From: Candidatus Latescibacterota bacterium
Lineage (GTDB): Bacteria; Krumholzibacteriota; Krumholzibacteriia; WVZY01; JAKEHA01
NCBI GenBank assembly: GCA_963707635.1
Contig: OY970173.1
Span: forward strand, 480,001-544,000
Direction: 5' to 3'
DNA: 64,000 bases
This document shows, in pieces, positions 9,147-18,979 of this stretch. The stretch's first letter is position 1, and each line of letters begins with the position of its first letter. The position numbers and the translations under genes were made by a program. Below the pieces are notes generated by a model. The model did no database searches, had not been told where the DNA came from, and saw only the letters and a program-made list of their open reading frames with translations.

Positions 9147-9758
9147 ATGCGAACAGGAAGGGCAATGGTTCTGGCGGCGGCGCTGGTGGGAATTGGCGGG
9201 GTTGCCATCGCCGGGTACGGCAAGGCCGAGAAGAAGACTGCGATCGCCACGTTCGCGGGTGGTTGTTTCTGGTGCATGGAAGCGCCGTTCGACGACATCA
9301 AAGGGGTGATCTCGACCACCTCGGGCTACACCGGCGGGCAGAAGAAGGATCCGACCTACCACGAAGTCTCCGAGGGAAAGACCGGGCACTGCGAATCGGT
9401 CCAGATCGAGTACGACCCGTCGAAGGTGACCTACGAACGGCTGCTGGAGGTCTACTGGCACAATATCGACCCGACCACGGGCGACCGCCAATTCTGCGAC
9501 TGGGGGAACCAGTACCGCCCCGAGATCTTCTACCACGACACCGATCAGAAACGGCTCGCAGAAAAGTCGAAGAAGAAGATAGAGTCGAAACTGGGCGAGG
9601 TGGCGGTGAAGATCACGCCGGCGGGCACCTTCTATCCCGCCGAAGAATATCATCAGGACTTCTACACCAAGGACCCGGACGAGTATCATCGCTACCGCAG
9701 CGGCTGCGGCCGCGACCGGCGCCTGAAGGAGCTCTGGGGCGACAAGGCCGGCCACTGA
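9147..9758 (+). CDS. msrA: Peptide-methionine (S)-S-oxide reductase, exported
   Basis: 'GGCFWC', 'FYPAEEYHQDFY'; signal peptide; AAGGAG RBS. Confidence 0.95.
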   Translation: MRTGRAMVLAAALVGIGGVAIAGYGKAEKKTAIATFAGGCFWCMEAPFDDIKGVISTTSGYTGGQKKDPTYHEVSEGKTGHCESVQIEYDPSKVTYERLLEVYWHNIDPTTGDRQFCDWGNQYRPEIFYHDTDQKRLAEKSKKKIESKLGEVAVKITPAGTFYPAEEYHQDFYTKDPDEYHRYRSGCGRDRRLKELWGDKAGH

Positions 9759-9775
9759 ACCGGGAGGTTGAAACA

Positions 9776-10249
9776 GTGACGGAAAAATTCTCTCCGCTGC
9801 AGCTGTCGTTCTGGGTTCCGGTTCTGGTTTCGCTCGCGTGCGGAACCATCGTGGGGCTCGAGCGCCAGCTGCGCGGCAAGCCGCTGGACGTGCGTACCGC
9901 CGTTCTGATCTGCCTCGGCGCCCACGTGTTCATCCGACTCGCCGTCGTGATCTCGGGCGAGCATGCGGACACGATGCGCGTCCTGGGCCAGATGGTGACC
10001 GGGATCGGCTTCCTCGGGGCGGGCGTGATCTTGACCCGCGGCGGTCACGTCACCGGTCTCACGACCGCGTCCGTGATCTGGTCGCTGGCCGCGATCGGCG
10101 CCTCGATCGGCTTCGGCAAGTACGGCGCGGCGCTCGCGCTGTCCATCATGGTACTGGTCGTGCTGACGATTCTCGAAGGGATCGAAACCCGGATGGCGTC
10201 GATGCGCCGCGGCGTCCACGCGCGGGACAACATCGAGCCGAAATTGTAG
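9776..10249 (+). CDS. MgtC/SapB family membrane protein
   Basis: 'VGLERQ', 'GQMVTGIGFLGAGVI', 'GLTTA'; GGAGG RBS before GTG. Confidence 0.9.
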   Translation: MTEKFSPLQLSFWVPVLVSLACGTIVGLERQLRGKPLDVRTAVLICLGAHVFIRLAVVISGEHADTMRVLGQMVTGIGFLGAGVILTRGGHVTGLTTASVIWSLAAIGASIGFGKYGAALALSIMVLVVLTILEGIETRMASMRRGVHARDNIEPKL

Positions 10250-10260
10250 ATCGCAAGCTC

Positions 10261-10358
10261 CGCGGGTCCTGGCGCCGACAGACCGAGGCGGCTCGTTTCG
10301 TCCGCGCCTGCGCACTAGACTCACTCGCCGCCCGGGCGCCCGTCGGCGCCACCCGCTC
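10261..10358 (+). repeat. Structured dispersed repeat, copy 2
   Basis: Nearly identical to 4502-4599; contains the stop codon of the convergent glycosyltransferase. Confidence 0.9.
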
Positions 10359-11628
10359 CAGTTCTAGACTGTATTGCACGCTCGTCCGTCAGGCGACGGA
10401 TGATGTCCACCTCCATCGTGGTCCGGTCCTCCCAATCGATCAGGTAGCTTCGCGCGAACTCGCGGGCGCGACTTCCCATCGCGGCGCGCGTGGCATCGTC
10501 GTTCAAGAGTTCCACCATGGCGTCCGCGAGCGCGTCGACGTCGCCGTCGGGGACCAGGCGCCCGGTGACACCGTCGCGAACGACGTCGCCGGTTCCGCCC
10601 ACGTCGAAGGCCGCCACGGGCACGCCGCACAGCAGCGCTTCGCACGTGGCGATCGACTTGTTGCTGCGCCGGCTCGTCGCCACGAACAGCGTCGTCGCGC
10701 CGAAGGCGTCCACGACGCGCGCGTGCGCGATCGGCCCCACGAAACGGACGCGATCCGCGATGCCCAGGTCCCGCGCCAGCGCGTCGCACCGGTCCTGCTC
10801 CGGTCCGTTGCCCGCCACCACGCACACGGCGGGACGCCGCAGGCGCGGCAGCGCCCGCGCGGCCGCGCGCACGAACGCATCCGGCCGCTTCCAGTCGGCG
10901 AGGCGGGCGAGATAGAGCACGACGTCGTGCCCCTCGGGCACGCGCGCCGCGTCCCGGAACCACCCGGCATCGGCGGCCTGGTCCTGCCAGGCGAGGTTCA
11001 CCCCGTTGGGGAGAAAATGAATACGGTCTCCGGGGACGCCATGCCGCCGCGCGGCGGCGTCGCCCCGCGTCCCGTCGTCGAGGACGATCCACGCGTCGAC
11101 GGGGAGCTTGAAGGCAAGGATCGCCTCGAGATTCTTGGCGAGATACGTCGCGCGCGGCCAGTCGCTGCGTACGAGGTCCATCACACCGAACAGCTTGACC
11201 ACCGACGGCACCCGGCGAAGGGATGCCGTCACCCACACGACCCACGCAGGGATGTGAGTCTGCGCGAGCACGAGGCAGGGGTGAATCCGCCGCGAAACTG
11301 CCAGGGTGCGCGTGCCGGCGAGGACTGCGAACCACAGCGGCCAGAGCAGCCGGCGAAGCGGGGTTGGCCACGCCGCGGTGGCGTCGTAGAAATTCGGATA
11401 GCTGTGGACGTAGTAGCCGGGGAGCTCGACGTCGGGCGGCGCGCCGCTGCGCGGCGAGAGATAGTGCACGTCGAAGCCGGCGGCGGTGAGCGCGCGAATG
11501 AAGTAGTAGTCGTCGGCCAGGCCGGCGCCGCCTCCCATTTCCCAGCGCTGCTTCCACGGTGTCACGACCAGGATCGAACGACGGTGGTCGCCGCCCGTGC
11601 GATGCGAACCCACGCCGCGGCGGCTCAC
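10321..11628 (-). CDS. Glycosyltransferase family 4 protein
   Basis: 'LPNGV', 'ARLADWK', 'EALLCGVPV...DVGG', 'GRLVPDGD' GT-B motifs. Confidence 0.88.
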   Translation of the reverse strand: MSRRGVGSHRTGGDHRRSILVVTPWKQRWEMGGGAGLADDYYFIRALTAAGFDVHYLSPRSGAPPDVELPGYYVHSYPNFYDATAAWPTPLRRLLWPLWFAVLAGTRTLAVSRRIHPCLVLAQTHIPAWVVWVTASLRRVPSVVKLFGVMDLVRSDWPRATYLAKNLEAILAFKLPVDAWIVLDDGTRGDAAARRHGVPGDRIHFLPNGVNLAWQDQAADAGWFRDAARVPEGHDVVLYLARLADWKRPDAFVRAAARALPRLRRPAVCVVAGNGPEQDRCDALARDLGIADRVRFVGPIAHARVVDAFGATTLFVATSRRSNKSIATCEALLCGVPVAAFDVGGTGDVVRDGVTGRLVPDGDVDALADAMVELLNDDATRAAMGSRAREFARSYLIDWEDRTTMEVDIIRRLTDERAIQSRTGAGGADGRPGGE

Positions 11629-11638
11629 CGGAGGGAAC

Positions 11639-12559
11639 CTATTCCGCGGGCGCGGCCGCCGCGCGCGCGCGCCGCGCGGCGATCAGACGCTGCTCGTGAA
11701 ACACCCCGGCCACTCCGAGGATCACGAGCGCGGAACCGGAGATCGTCCAGCGGGTGATGGGCTCGTGCAGGATGAACCAGCCCAGGATCACGGCGATGAC
11801 GGGATTCACGTAGGCGTAGGTCATGACGACGTGGGTCGGCAGCAGGCGCAGCGCCTTGACGAACGACGTGAACGCGACCACCGACCCGAAGATCACGAGG
11901 TACGCCCACGCCAGAAGCGCGTGCGGCGTCGGGGTCGGACGAGGTTCGCCGCTCAGCGCGGCGGCGCCCAGGAGTGCCACCGACCCGAAGAGGAGCTGAT
12001 ACCCGGAGCTCACCTCCGCCGCCGTCGACACCGGGTGGCGCTTCTGAATGATGGAGCCGACGCCCCAGCTCATCACTGCCAGCAGGAGAGCTGCCGCCGC
12101 GATGATGTCCGCGTGCGAGCCGTGGAGCATCACGGGCGCGTTCAGCACGGCCACCCCCGAGATTCCAATCAGCAGGGCGCCGACCAGCCGCCACGTGGGC
12201 GGGCGACGGTCGATTGCCGAATCGACCATCGTCGTCCAGATCGGTGCCACCCCGACCAGCAGCGCCGTGTACCCCGACTCGGCCCGCTTCTCCGCCCACG
12301 ACACCAGACCGTTGCCGCCGAGCCACAGAAGAATGCCGGAGGAGATGAAGATCAGAATGTCGCGCCGGGTCGGTTTGAGCGACTTGCGCGTGAGCGCGCC
12401 CCAGGCGAGCAGGATCAAACCGGCGACAAGAACTCGCGTTCCGGCCATGGCGAAGGCAGGGAACCCGGAGCCGTCCCGGACGGCGACGCGGATGGCGAGG
12501 TAGGTGCTTCCCCAGACGATGTAGACGACGAGCAGGTGGACGAAACCGCGAACGTTCAC
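11639..12559 (-). CDS. EamA/DMT family transporter
   Basis: 'VYIVWGSTYLAIR', 'YAYVNPVIAVILG' (YedA-like). Confidence 0.9.
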   Translation of the reverse strand: MNVRGFVHLLVVYIVWGSTYLAIRVAVRDGSGFPAFAMAGTRVLVAGLILLAWGALTRKSLKPTRRDILIFISSGILLWLGGNGLVSWAEKRAESGYTALLVGVAPIWTTMVDSAIDRRPPTWRLVGALLIGISGVAVLNAPVMLHGSHADIIAAAALLLAVMSWGVGSIIQKRHPVSTAAEVSSGYQLLFGSVALLGAAALSGEPRPTPTPHALLAWAYLVIFGSVVAFTSFVKALRLLPTHVVMTYAYVNPVIAVILGWFILHEPITRWTISGSALVILGVAGVFHEQRLIAARRARAAAAPAE

Positions 12560-12717
12560 CGAGACACCCCGCGGAAATCGGCAATATATCACCCTCGCCC
12601 GGGCCCGTGCAAGCGCACGCCCGGGCCATCGGGCCACCACGCCGGGAAACGACACCGCCTTGCTGGGGAAGGCGTCCGCACGTATACTGGCCCCGCGAGG
12701 AACCGACCCCGCGGACC

Positions 12718-13923
12718 ATGCAACTCACCCACGTTCACGGCATCACCTTCACCGACCGGACCCTGGTTCCCATCTGGGAAGAGATCCTCTCCGGCGAGCG
12801 CGTCTCCGTCGACGACGGACTGCAGATGTTCGAGACGCGCGACCTCTCCGCGCTCGGACGGATGGCCGACCACGTCGCGCGCGCGAAGAGCGGCGACCGG
12901 GTTTATTTCGTCATTAATGTTCACATCAACCCGACCAACGTCTGCGTGCTCAACTGCAAGTTCTGCGACTACGTGCACAGCCGCAACGACGTCGGCGCGT
13001 GGGAAATGACGCCGGAGGAGATCCTTTCGCACATCACGCCCGAGATGACGGAGGTGCACATCGTCGGCGGCCACCACCCCGACTGGCCGTTCGAGTATCA
13101 CGAGAACTACATCCGGATGATCCGCGACGCGCACCCCCACATCCAGATCAAGGCGTTCACGGCGGCGGAGATCGACTACTTCGCAAAACGCTGGAAGCTC
13201 TCCGCCGGCGAGATCCTGGACCGTCTGGTGGCGGCGGGGTTGAACTCCATGCCCGGGGGCGGCGCCGAAATCTTCTCGAAACGTGTCGCCAGAGAGCTCC
13301 GCTACACCGGCAAGGCCCAGGCGGATCGCTGGCTGGAGATTCACGCCCTCGCCCATGCCCGTGGGATTCCGTCGAACGCGACCATGCTCTACGGTCACAT
13401 CGAGACGCACGCGGAACGCGTGGAGCACCTGCGCTTGCTGCGCGAGCAGCAGGACGCGAGCGGCGGATTCCTCGCCTTCATCCCGCTCGAGTACCAGGTC
13501 AGCCAGGAGCGGCTGGTCCAGCGCCACGCGTCGGCGCTGGAGGATCTCAAGACCATCGCGGTGTCGCGGCTCATGCTCGACAACTTCCCGCACGTGAAGG
13601 CGTACTGGATCATGCTCCAGGAGGACACGGCGGGGATCGCGCTCAACTTCGGCGCCGACGACGTCGACGGCACCATCTCCCGGGAACGCATCGCGCACGC
13701 GGCCGACGCGCGCAGCCCGGCGGGGTTGACGCGAAAGAAACTGGTGCGGCTGATCCGCGACGCGGGAAAGACTCCGGTCGAGCGCGACGCGCTCTACCAG
13801 CAGATCAAGGTCTACGACGACGCGGACGTGGCGGCGGTCGAGGCGGACACCTACCGGCCCGTGCAGCGCAGCCGCGAGTCCCCCCGCGCCGGCGCACCGC
13901 TGGCGAGATTCGTGAAGCCATGA
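12718..13923 (+). CDS. mqnE: Aminofutalosine synthase (radical SAM)
   Basis: 'NPTNVCVLNCKFC', 'EVHIVGG', 'MPGGGAE', 'HVKAYW', 'GADDVDGT'. Confidence 0.9.
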   Translation: MQLTHVHGITFTDRTLVPIWEEILSGERVSVDDGLQMFETRDLSALGRMADHVARAKSGDRVYFVINVHINPTNVCVLNCKFCDYVHSRNDVGAWEMTPEEILSHITPEMTEVHIVGGHHPDWPFEYHENYIRMIRDAHPHIQIKAFTAAEIDYFAKRWKLSAGEILDRLVAAGLNSMPGGGAEIFSKRVARELRYTGKAQADRWLEIHALAHARGIPSNATMLYGHIETHAERVEHLRLLREQQDASGGFLAFIPLEYQVSQERLVQRHASALEDLKTIAVSRLMLDNFPHVKAYWIMLQEDTAGIALNFGADDVDGTISRERIAHAADARSPAGLTRKKLVRLIRDAGKTPVERDALYQQIKVYDDADVAAVEADTYRPVQRSRESPRAGAPLARFVKP

Positions 13924-14018
13924 GGGCGGAGAGCACACCCGCCTCCGCTCATGCACTTCGCGCGCGACAGTTGGAAGCGCGCCTCGTGAAATCGCGTCGG
14001 TGGGTGTGCTCTCCGCCC
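13924..14018. repeat. 95-bp element with 20-bp terminal inverted repeats
   Basis: GGGCGGAGAGCACACCCGCC ... GGTGGGTGTGCTCTCCGCCC (19/20 match, the difference is a G-U pair). Confidence 0.8.
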
Positions 14019-14029
14019 GGGAATCAATC

Positions 14030-14749
14030 ATGAAGAAGCTGCTCATCATCGCCGCGGTCCTGCTCCTCGTCGTCATCGTCGGCGTCGGCGTATTCCTCTA
14101 CAATTCGATAGACCCCATCGTGAAGGCTGGGATCGAGAAGTACGGTTCCGAGATTGCGGGCACGAAGGTCAGCGTTGGGTCGGTCGATATTTCGCTCAAG
14201 TCGGGTCGCGGGACGATTCGCAACCTCGAGGTGCACAACCCGAAGGGCTTCTCCTCAGCCGCCGTGTTTCGGCTGGGCGAGATCACGGTCGACCTCGACG
14301 TGGCGTCGCTCAACAAGGACCCGATCGTGGTCGACAAGGTAACCGTCCTCGCGCCGGAGGTGCACGTGGAGGTGGCGGCGAATGGGCAGACCAACCTCGG
14401 CGTGGTGAAGGACCACGTGGACGCTTTTCACGCCGGGTCCGGGAGGAGCCGAAAGCAGGACGCCGGCTATGAGAAGAAATTCCGGATTGCGACGTTCACG
14501 TTCGAAAACGGCCGGCTCGACGCGGACGCGACGGCCGTCGGGGCCGGCGCCTTCGAGGAGGAAATCCCCCCGGTCCGGATGAAGGACGTCGGCGGGGCGC
14601 AGGGCAGCTCCCCGGATGCCATCGGCAAGGAAGTCACGCACGCCCTGCTGGGCGCGGCGATGAACGTCGTCGAGAAGGAGCTCCGCAACCGTGCCGTGGA
14701 AAAGCTCGGGGAGAAAGTGAAAGAAAAGCTCGGGACGATTCTGAAGTGA
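14030..14749 (+). CDS. AsmA/DUF748-like membrane-anchored protein
   Basis: N-terminal TM; 'GTKVSVGSVDISL...NPKGFS'. Confidence 0.65.
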   Translation: MKKLLIIAAVLLLVVIVGVGVFLYNSIDPIVKAGIEKYGSEIAGTKVSVGSVDISLKSGRGTIRNLEVHNPKGFSSAAVFRLGEITVDLDVASLNKDPIVVDKVTVLAPEVHVEVAANGQTNLGVVKDHVDAFHAGSGRSRKQDAGYEKKFRIATFTFENGRLDADATAVGAGAFEEEIPPVRMKDVGGAQGSSPDAIGKEVTHALLGAAMNVVEKELRNRAVEKLGEKVKEKLGTILK

Positions 14750-14802
14750 GGCAGCGGGATGAACGCACGAAACGCTGCAAATAATCGAAGGGTCGGGTCG
14801 CG

Positions 14803-15591
14803 GTGACACATCACAATACGATTCGCATCGGCAGGATTCCGTATCTCAATTGCATTCTTTTCTTCCACCATCTCGAGAACGAGCCGGACCTGCGCCTGGA
14901 GCCGCTGGTGCCGCGCGCGCTCTCGAGCGCGGTCGCGGACGGGGAGGTGGACGCCGGCCCGGTGCCGCTCGTCACCGCCTGGGAGATCGAGGATCGCTTC
15001 GAACCGCTCGGCGATTTCTGCATCTCGACGGTAACCCGCGCGCACAGCATTCTGTTCTTTTCGCGGGTGCCGTTCGAGAGGCTCGACGGCGCCGAAATCG
15101 GAGTCACCAACGAGACGTCCACCTCGGTGCGGCTGCTGAAGGTCCTGCTCACGCACGCGTGGAGGGTTCGCCCGGCGCGGTTCACGCGCGTCGACTGGCC
15201 GAAGAACGACGGGCTGCTCCTGATCGGCGACGAGGCCCTGATTCATCGTCGCGGCGTTAAGGACTACCCGCACGTCGCCGACCTCGGCGAGGTGTGGAAC
15301 AAGTGGACGGGGTTTCCGTTCGTCTTTGCGCGCTGGATGGTGAAGAAGACGCTTCCCGGCGAGGACAAGGCGCGGCTGATTGCGTTGCTCGACCGGTCGA
15401 TCGCGGACGGGTGGGCGCATTTCGAACGGGTAGTGTCGCCGCGCGCGGCGGATCTCCACATGTCGGTGGAGGAGATGCGGGAATACCTGCAGGGGTTTCG
15501 ATTCCGCATGACGGGCGCCGAGCACCAGGCGATCGGGAAGTTTCGGCAGCTCGACGCGGCGGCCCGCGAAGCCGAGAAGGCGCCCGCATGA
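14803..15591 (+). CDS. mqnA: Chorismate dehydratase
   Basis: 'IPYLN', 'TSTSVRL', 'LLIGDEAL', 'DLGEVW...GFPFVFA'. Confidence 0.92.
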   Translation: MTHHNTIRIGRIPYLNCILFFHHLENEPDLRLEPLVPRALSSAVADGEVDAGPVPLVTAWEIEDRFEPLGDFCISTVTRAHSILFFSRVPFERLDGAEIGVTNETSTSVRLLKVLLTHAWRVRPARFTRVDWPKNDGLLLIGDEALIHRRGVKDYPHVADLGEVWNKWTGFPFVFARWMVKKTLPGEDKARLIALLDRSIADGWAHFERVVSPRAADLHMSVEEMREYLQGFRFRMTGAEHQAIGKFRQLDAAAREAEKAPA

Positions 15592-16121
15592 GCCGGCCGC
15601 GGGCATCCGGCAAGGGCGTGTCGAGGACAAAGGCCCGCGCGAAACAACCCGCGCGCGCGGCGAGCCCGGGCAAGAAGGAACGCGCCGGGCGGCGGGCGAG
15701 CGTCACGCCGTTGGTGCGCGTCACCGGGCTCGGGGGCGTGTTCTTCCGAAGCGACGACCCGAAGAAACTGATGGGGTGGTATCGAAAGCACCTCGGCATC
15801 AAAGCGGGCGCGTTCGGTGGGTGGGCGTTCCAGTGGCGCGAGAAGCGCAAGAGCGAGCGCATCGGCTACACGGTGTTCTCTCCGTTCGCGAAGGACTCGC
15901 CATACTTCGATCCGAGCGAAAAGCCCTTCATGTTCAACTTCCGCGTGGCCGACCTGGACGCGCTCATCGCGCAGCTCCGGCGCGAAGGAATCCACGTGCT
16001 CGACGACGTGCAGGATCTGCCGTACGGGAAGTTCGGCTGGATCATCGACCCGGACGGCAACAAGATCGAACTGTGGGAACCGCCGGACGTCGACGACCCG
16101 TTCGGCAAAGGCGAGGCCTGA
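15588..16121 (+). CDS. VOC/glyoxalase family protein with basic N-terminal extension
   Basis: 'RVTGLGGVFF', 'NFRVADL', 'DPDGNKIELWEP'; ATGA overlap with mqnA. Confidence 0.85.
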   Translation: MSRPRASGKGVSRTKARAKQPARAASPGKKERAGRRASVTPLVRVTGLGGVFFRSDDPKKLMGWYRKHLGIKAGAFGGWAFQWREKRKSERIGYTVFSPFAKDSPYFDPSEKPFMFNFRVADLDALIAQLRREGIHVLDDVQDLPYGKFGWIIDPDGNKIELWEPPDVDDPFGKGEA

Positions 16122-16124
16122 GGC

Positions 16125-18074
16125 GTGACGCCGGGGTGGCTTCTTCTCGGCGCGGCGGGGTGTGCGGTGGTGGCGGTGTTGGGCGCCCGACAGGCGCCGC
16201 GGCTGTGGCTCGCCGCCTCGATGGGTGCCGCTGCCGCCGCGCTGGCCGCTTCGGTGTGGGTCCTCGTCTCCGGCGAGCCGTGCGACGCGCGCTTCGCGTT
16301 CGCGTTGGGCGGAGAGCCGCTGCACCTGCGGCTGGATGGAGTGGGCGCGTTCTTTCTCGCGCTGCTGGCGCTGGTCGGGGGCGCGTGCACCCTGTATTCG
16401 CAAGGGTACTGGAAGGACGATCAGCACCCCGCTTCCGCGCCGTCGGGGCGGGCCTGGTCGAGCGTGCTGCTCGTCAGCATGAGCCTGGTCCTGCTCGTCA
16501 CCAACGGACTCCATTTCCTCGTTGCGTGGGAACTGTTTTCCGTCAGCGCATACTTCATGATCACGCGCGAGCGTCAGCGTCGCGAGGTTCGATCGGCGGG
16601 ATGGTTGTTTCTAGCCGCGTCGCACGCGGGCACGCTGTGCCTGTTCGCCTTCTTCGCGGGGCTGGCCGCGCGCACCGGCAGCTGGGAGCTGGGCCCGATG
16701 CACGACCATCCGGAGCTCGCGCCGTGGTTCTGGCTCGCCCTCTGCGGTTTCGGCCTCAAGGCGGGCGTGTTCCCGCTCCACATCTGGCTGCCGTCCGCGC
16801 ACGCCAACGCGCCGAGCCATGTGTCCGCCATCCTGTCCGGGGTTGCCATCAAGATGGGGATCTTCGGACTGATTCGCTTCAGCGGCTGGTTGCCGACGCC
16901 CGCCGCCGCGGGCTGGGTGATCGCCGCGCTGGGGGCAACGAGCGCCGTGCTGGGGGTGGCGTTCGCGCTCGGCCAGCACGATCTAAAGCGTCTCCTCGCC
17001 TACCACAGCGTTGAAAACATCGGCATCATTCTGATCGGGCTCGGATTCGCGATCGTTTCTTCCGCGCACGGCGACGAGACCTGGGGGCGGCTGGCGCTGG
17101 CCGGCGGCCTCCTGCACGTGTGGAACCACGGCCTGTTCAAGGCCCTGCTGTTTCTGGGGGCGGGGTCGGTGCTCCACACCACCGGGACGCGCGAGATGAG
17201 CCGGCTGGGTGGGCTCTGGCGCACCATGCCCTGGACGGCGGGGATGTTCGCGCTGGGCGCGATCGCCATCGTCGGATTGCCTCCTTTGAACGGATTCGTG
17301 AGCGAGTGGCTCGTGTACCTGGGTCTGTTCGGCGCAACCTCGGCTCACGGGCCGCTGGCGTGGGCGGCGGTCCCGGCCGCGATTCTCCTGGGTGTGACCG
17401 GCGCGCTGGCGCTGGCATGCTTCGCGAAAGTGTGCGGGGTGGTGTTTCTCGGCGTGCCACGCAGCGAAGCCGCCGCGCGCTCGCACGAGAGCGGGTGGCT
17501 CATGCGCGCGCCGATGCTCGGATTGAGCGCCGCATGCGTGGCCATCGGCCTGGCGCCCGCGTTCTTCTGGCCGCTGGTGGCGCGCGCCGCTTCCGCGTGG
17601 CAACCGGCGTGGGTGGATTCTCCCGCGCCGGTGTCGCTGGTGGCACTCGGACGGTTCCACGTCGCCCTGGCGGTGCTGGCGGTGCTCGGCGCCGGCGGCC
17701 TCTGGCTCCGGGTCAGGCGCACCGGCGTCGTTCGCGCCCTGACGTGGGACTGCGGCTACGCCGCGCCGAGCGCGCGCATGCAGTACACCGCCGGTTCGTT
17801 CGCGGCGACGATCACGGGATGGTTCGCGTGGATCCTTCGGCCGCAGCGCGACGCGGAGCCGCCGACAGGAGCATTCCCGGCGCGCTCACGTTTCGACCAA
17901 CACACGCCGGAGACCATTCTCGAGCGGGTTGTCGAGCCCGCGGGTTCGATCGTCATGCGCGCGGCCGTGGGGGCGCGCAAGCTCCAGCACGGCCGGATCC
18001 AGGCGTACATTCTATATGTGCTGATCGGCGTGGTGGGTGTGGCACTGCTCGCGGTCATCGGGAGGGATCGATGA
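16125..18074 (+). CDS. hyfB: Hydrogenase-4 component B-like antiporter subunit (Ehr complex)
   Basis: 'PLHIWLPSAH', 'KRLLAYHSVENIG', 'NHGLFK', 'TWDCGY'. Confidence 0.88.
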   Translation: MTPGWLLLGAAGCAVVAVLGARQAPRLWLAASMGAAAAALAASVWVLVSGEPCDARFAFALGGEPLHLRLDGVGAFFLALLALVGGACTLYSQGYWKDDQHPASAPSGRAWSSVLLVSMSLVLLVTNGLHFLVAWELFSVSAYFMITRERQRREVRSAGWLFLAASHAGTLCLFAFFAGLAARTGSWELGPMHDHPELAPWFWLALCGFGLKAGVFPLHIWLPSAHANAPSHVSAILSGVAIKMGIFGLIRFSGWLPTPAAAGWVIAALGATSAVLGVAFALGQHDLKRLLAYHSVENIGIILIGLGFAIVSSAHGDETWGRLALAGGLLHVWNHGLFKALLFLGAGSVLHTTGTREMSRLGGLWRTMPWTAGMFALGAIAIVGLPPLNGFVSEWLVYLGLFGATSAHGPLAWAAVPAAILLGVTGALALACFAKVCGVVFLGVPRSEAAARSHESGWLMRAPMLGLSAACVAIGLAPAFFWPLVARAASAWQPAWVDSPAPVSLVALGRFHVALAVLAVLGAGGLWLRVRRTGVVRALTWDCGYAAPSARMQYTAGSFAATITGWFAWILRPQRDAEPPTGAFPARSRFDQHTPETILERVVEPAGSIVMRAAVGARKLQHGRIQAYILYVLIGVVGVALLAVIGRDR

Positions 18075-18979
18075 ACTCGGTGATCCACCTGTTGATCGGT
18101 GTGGTGGGGTGGCTGGTGTTCGCACCGCTCATTCCCGGCGTGATCAACCGGGTGAAGGCGTGGGTCGCCGGCCGCAAGGGCCCTCCGCTGCTGCAGCTCT
18201 ATTACGACCTCGCGCGGCTGTGGCGCAAACAGGTGGTGTTGAGCACCACGGTTTCGCCCTTCCATGTCGCCGGCCCGGCGGTCGCGTTCGTGTCGATCCT
18301 GGGCGCGGCGCTGCTCCTTCCCATCGGACGGGCGGGTGCCCCGCTCTCGTTCGAAGGCGACGCGGTGTTGTTCGTGTACCTGCTCGCGCTGGCCCGTTTC
18401 TGCATGGCCGGCGCGGCGCTGGATACCGGCTCGGCTTTCGAGGGGATGGGCGCGGTTCGAGAGGTCAGCTACGCGGTCCTGGCCGAGGCGGCCGTCATCA
18501 CGGCCCTGCTCGTGCTCGGCGTCCAGACCGGCAGCGTGTCGTTGACGCGGATGCTCGCGCCGGCGGCGGGTCCGGGGACGGCGCTGCTCGCGGCCGGGTT
18601 GTTCATGGTGCTCCTCGCCGAGAACTGTCGCGTGCCCTTCGACGACCCCAACACGCACCTCGAGCTGACCATGGTCCACGAAGCGATGGTGCTCGACCAC
18701 AGCGGTCCGCCGCTGGCGGTGATCCTGCACGGAGCCGCGCTGAAACTCCTCGTGTTCTGCGTGCTGCTCACCGAAGCCGTTGTGCCGCTGGGCAACGTGT
18801 CACCCGTGCTGGTGGCGGCGGCGCTGATTGCCTCCGTGCTCGTCACGGCGGCCGGCGTGGGACTGGTGGAGTCGCTCCAGGCACGCGTGGCGTTTCGCCG
18901 CGTGCCCTTGCTTCTCACGACCGCATTCCTTCTGTGTCTCTTTGCACTCATGATCGCGTGGGAAAGGAATCCGCTGTGA
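18071..18979 (+). CDS. hyfC: HyfC/NuoH-like membrane subunit
   Basis: 'GRKGPP', 'AENCRVPFDDPNTHLELTMVHEAM'. Confidence 0.88.
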   Translation: MNSVIHLLIGVVGWLVFAPLIPGVINRVKAWVAGRKGPPLLQLYYDLARLWRKQVVLSTTVSPFHVAGPAVAFVSILGAALLLPIGRAGAPLSFEGDAVLFVYLLALARFCMAGAALDTGSAFEGMGAVREVSYAVLAEAAVITALLVLGVQTGSVSLTRMLAPAAGPGTALLAAGLFMVLLAENCRVPFDDPNTHLELTMVHEAMVLDHSGPPLAVILHGAALKLLVFCVLLTEAVVPLGNVSPVLVAAALIASVLVTAAGVGLVESLQARVAFRRVPLLLTTAFLLCLFALMIAWERNPL

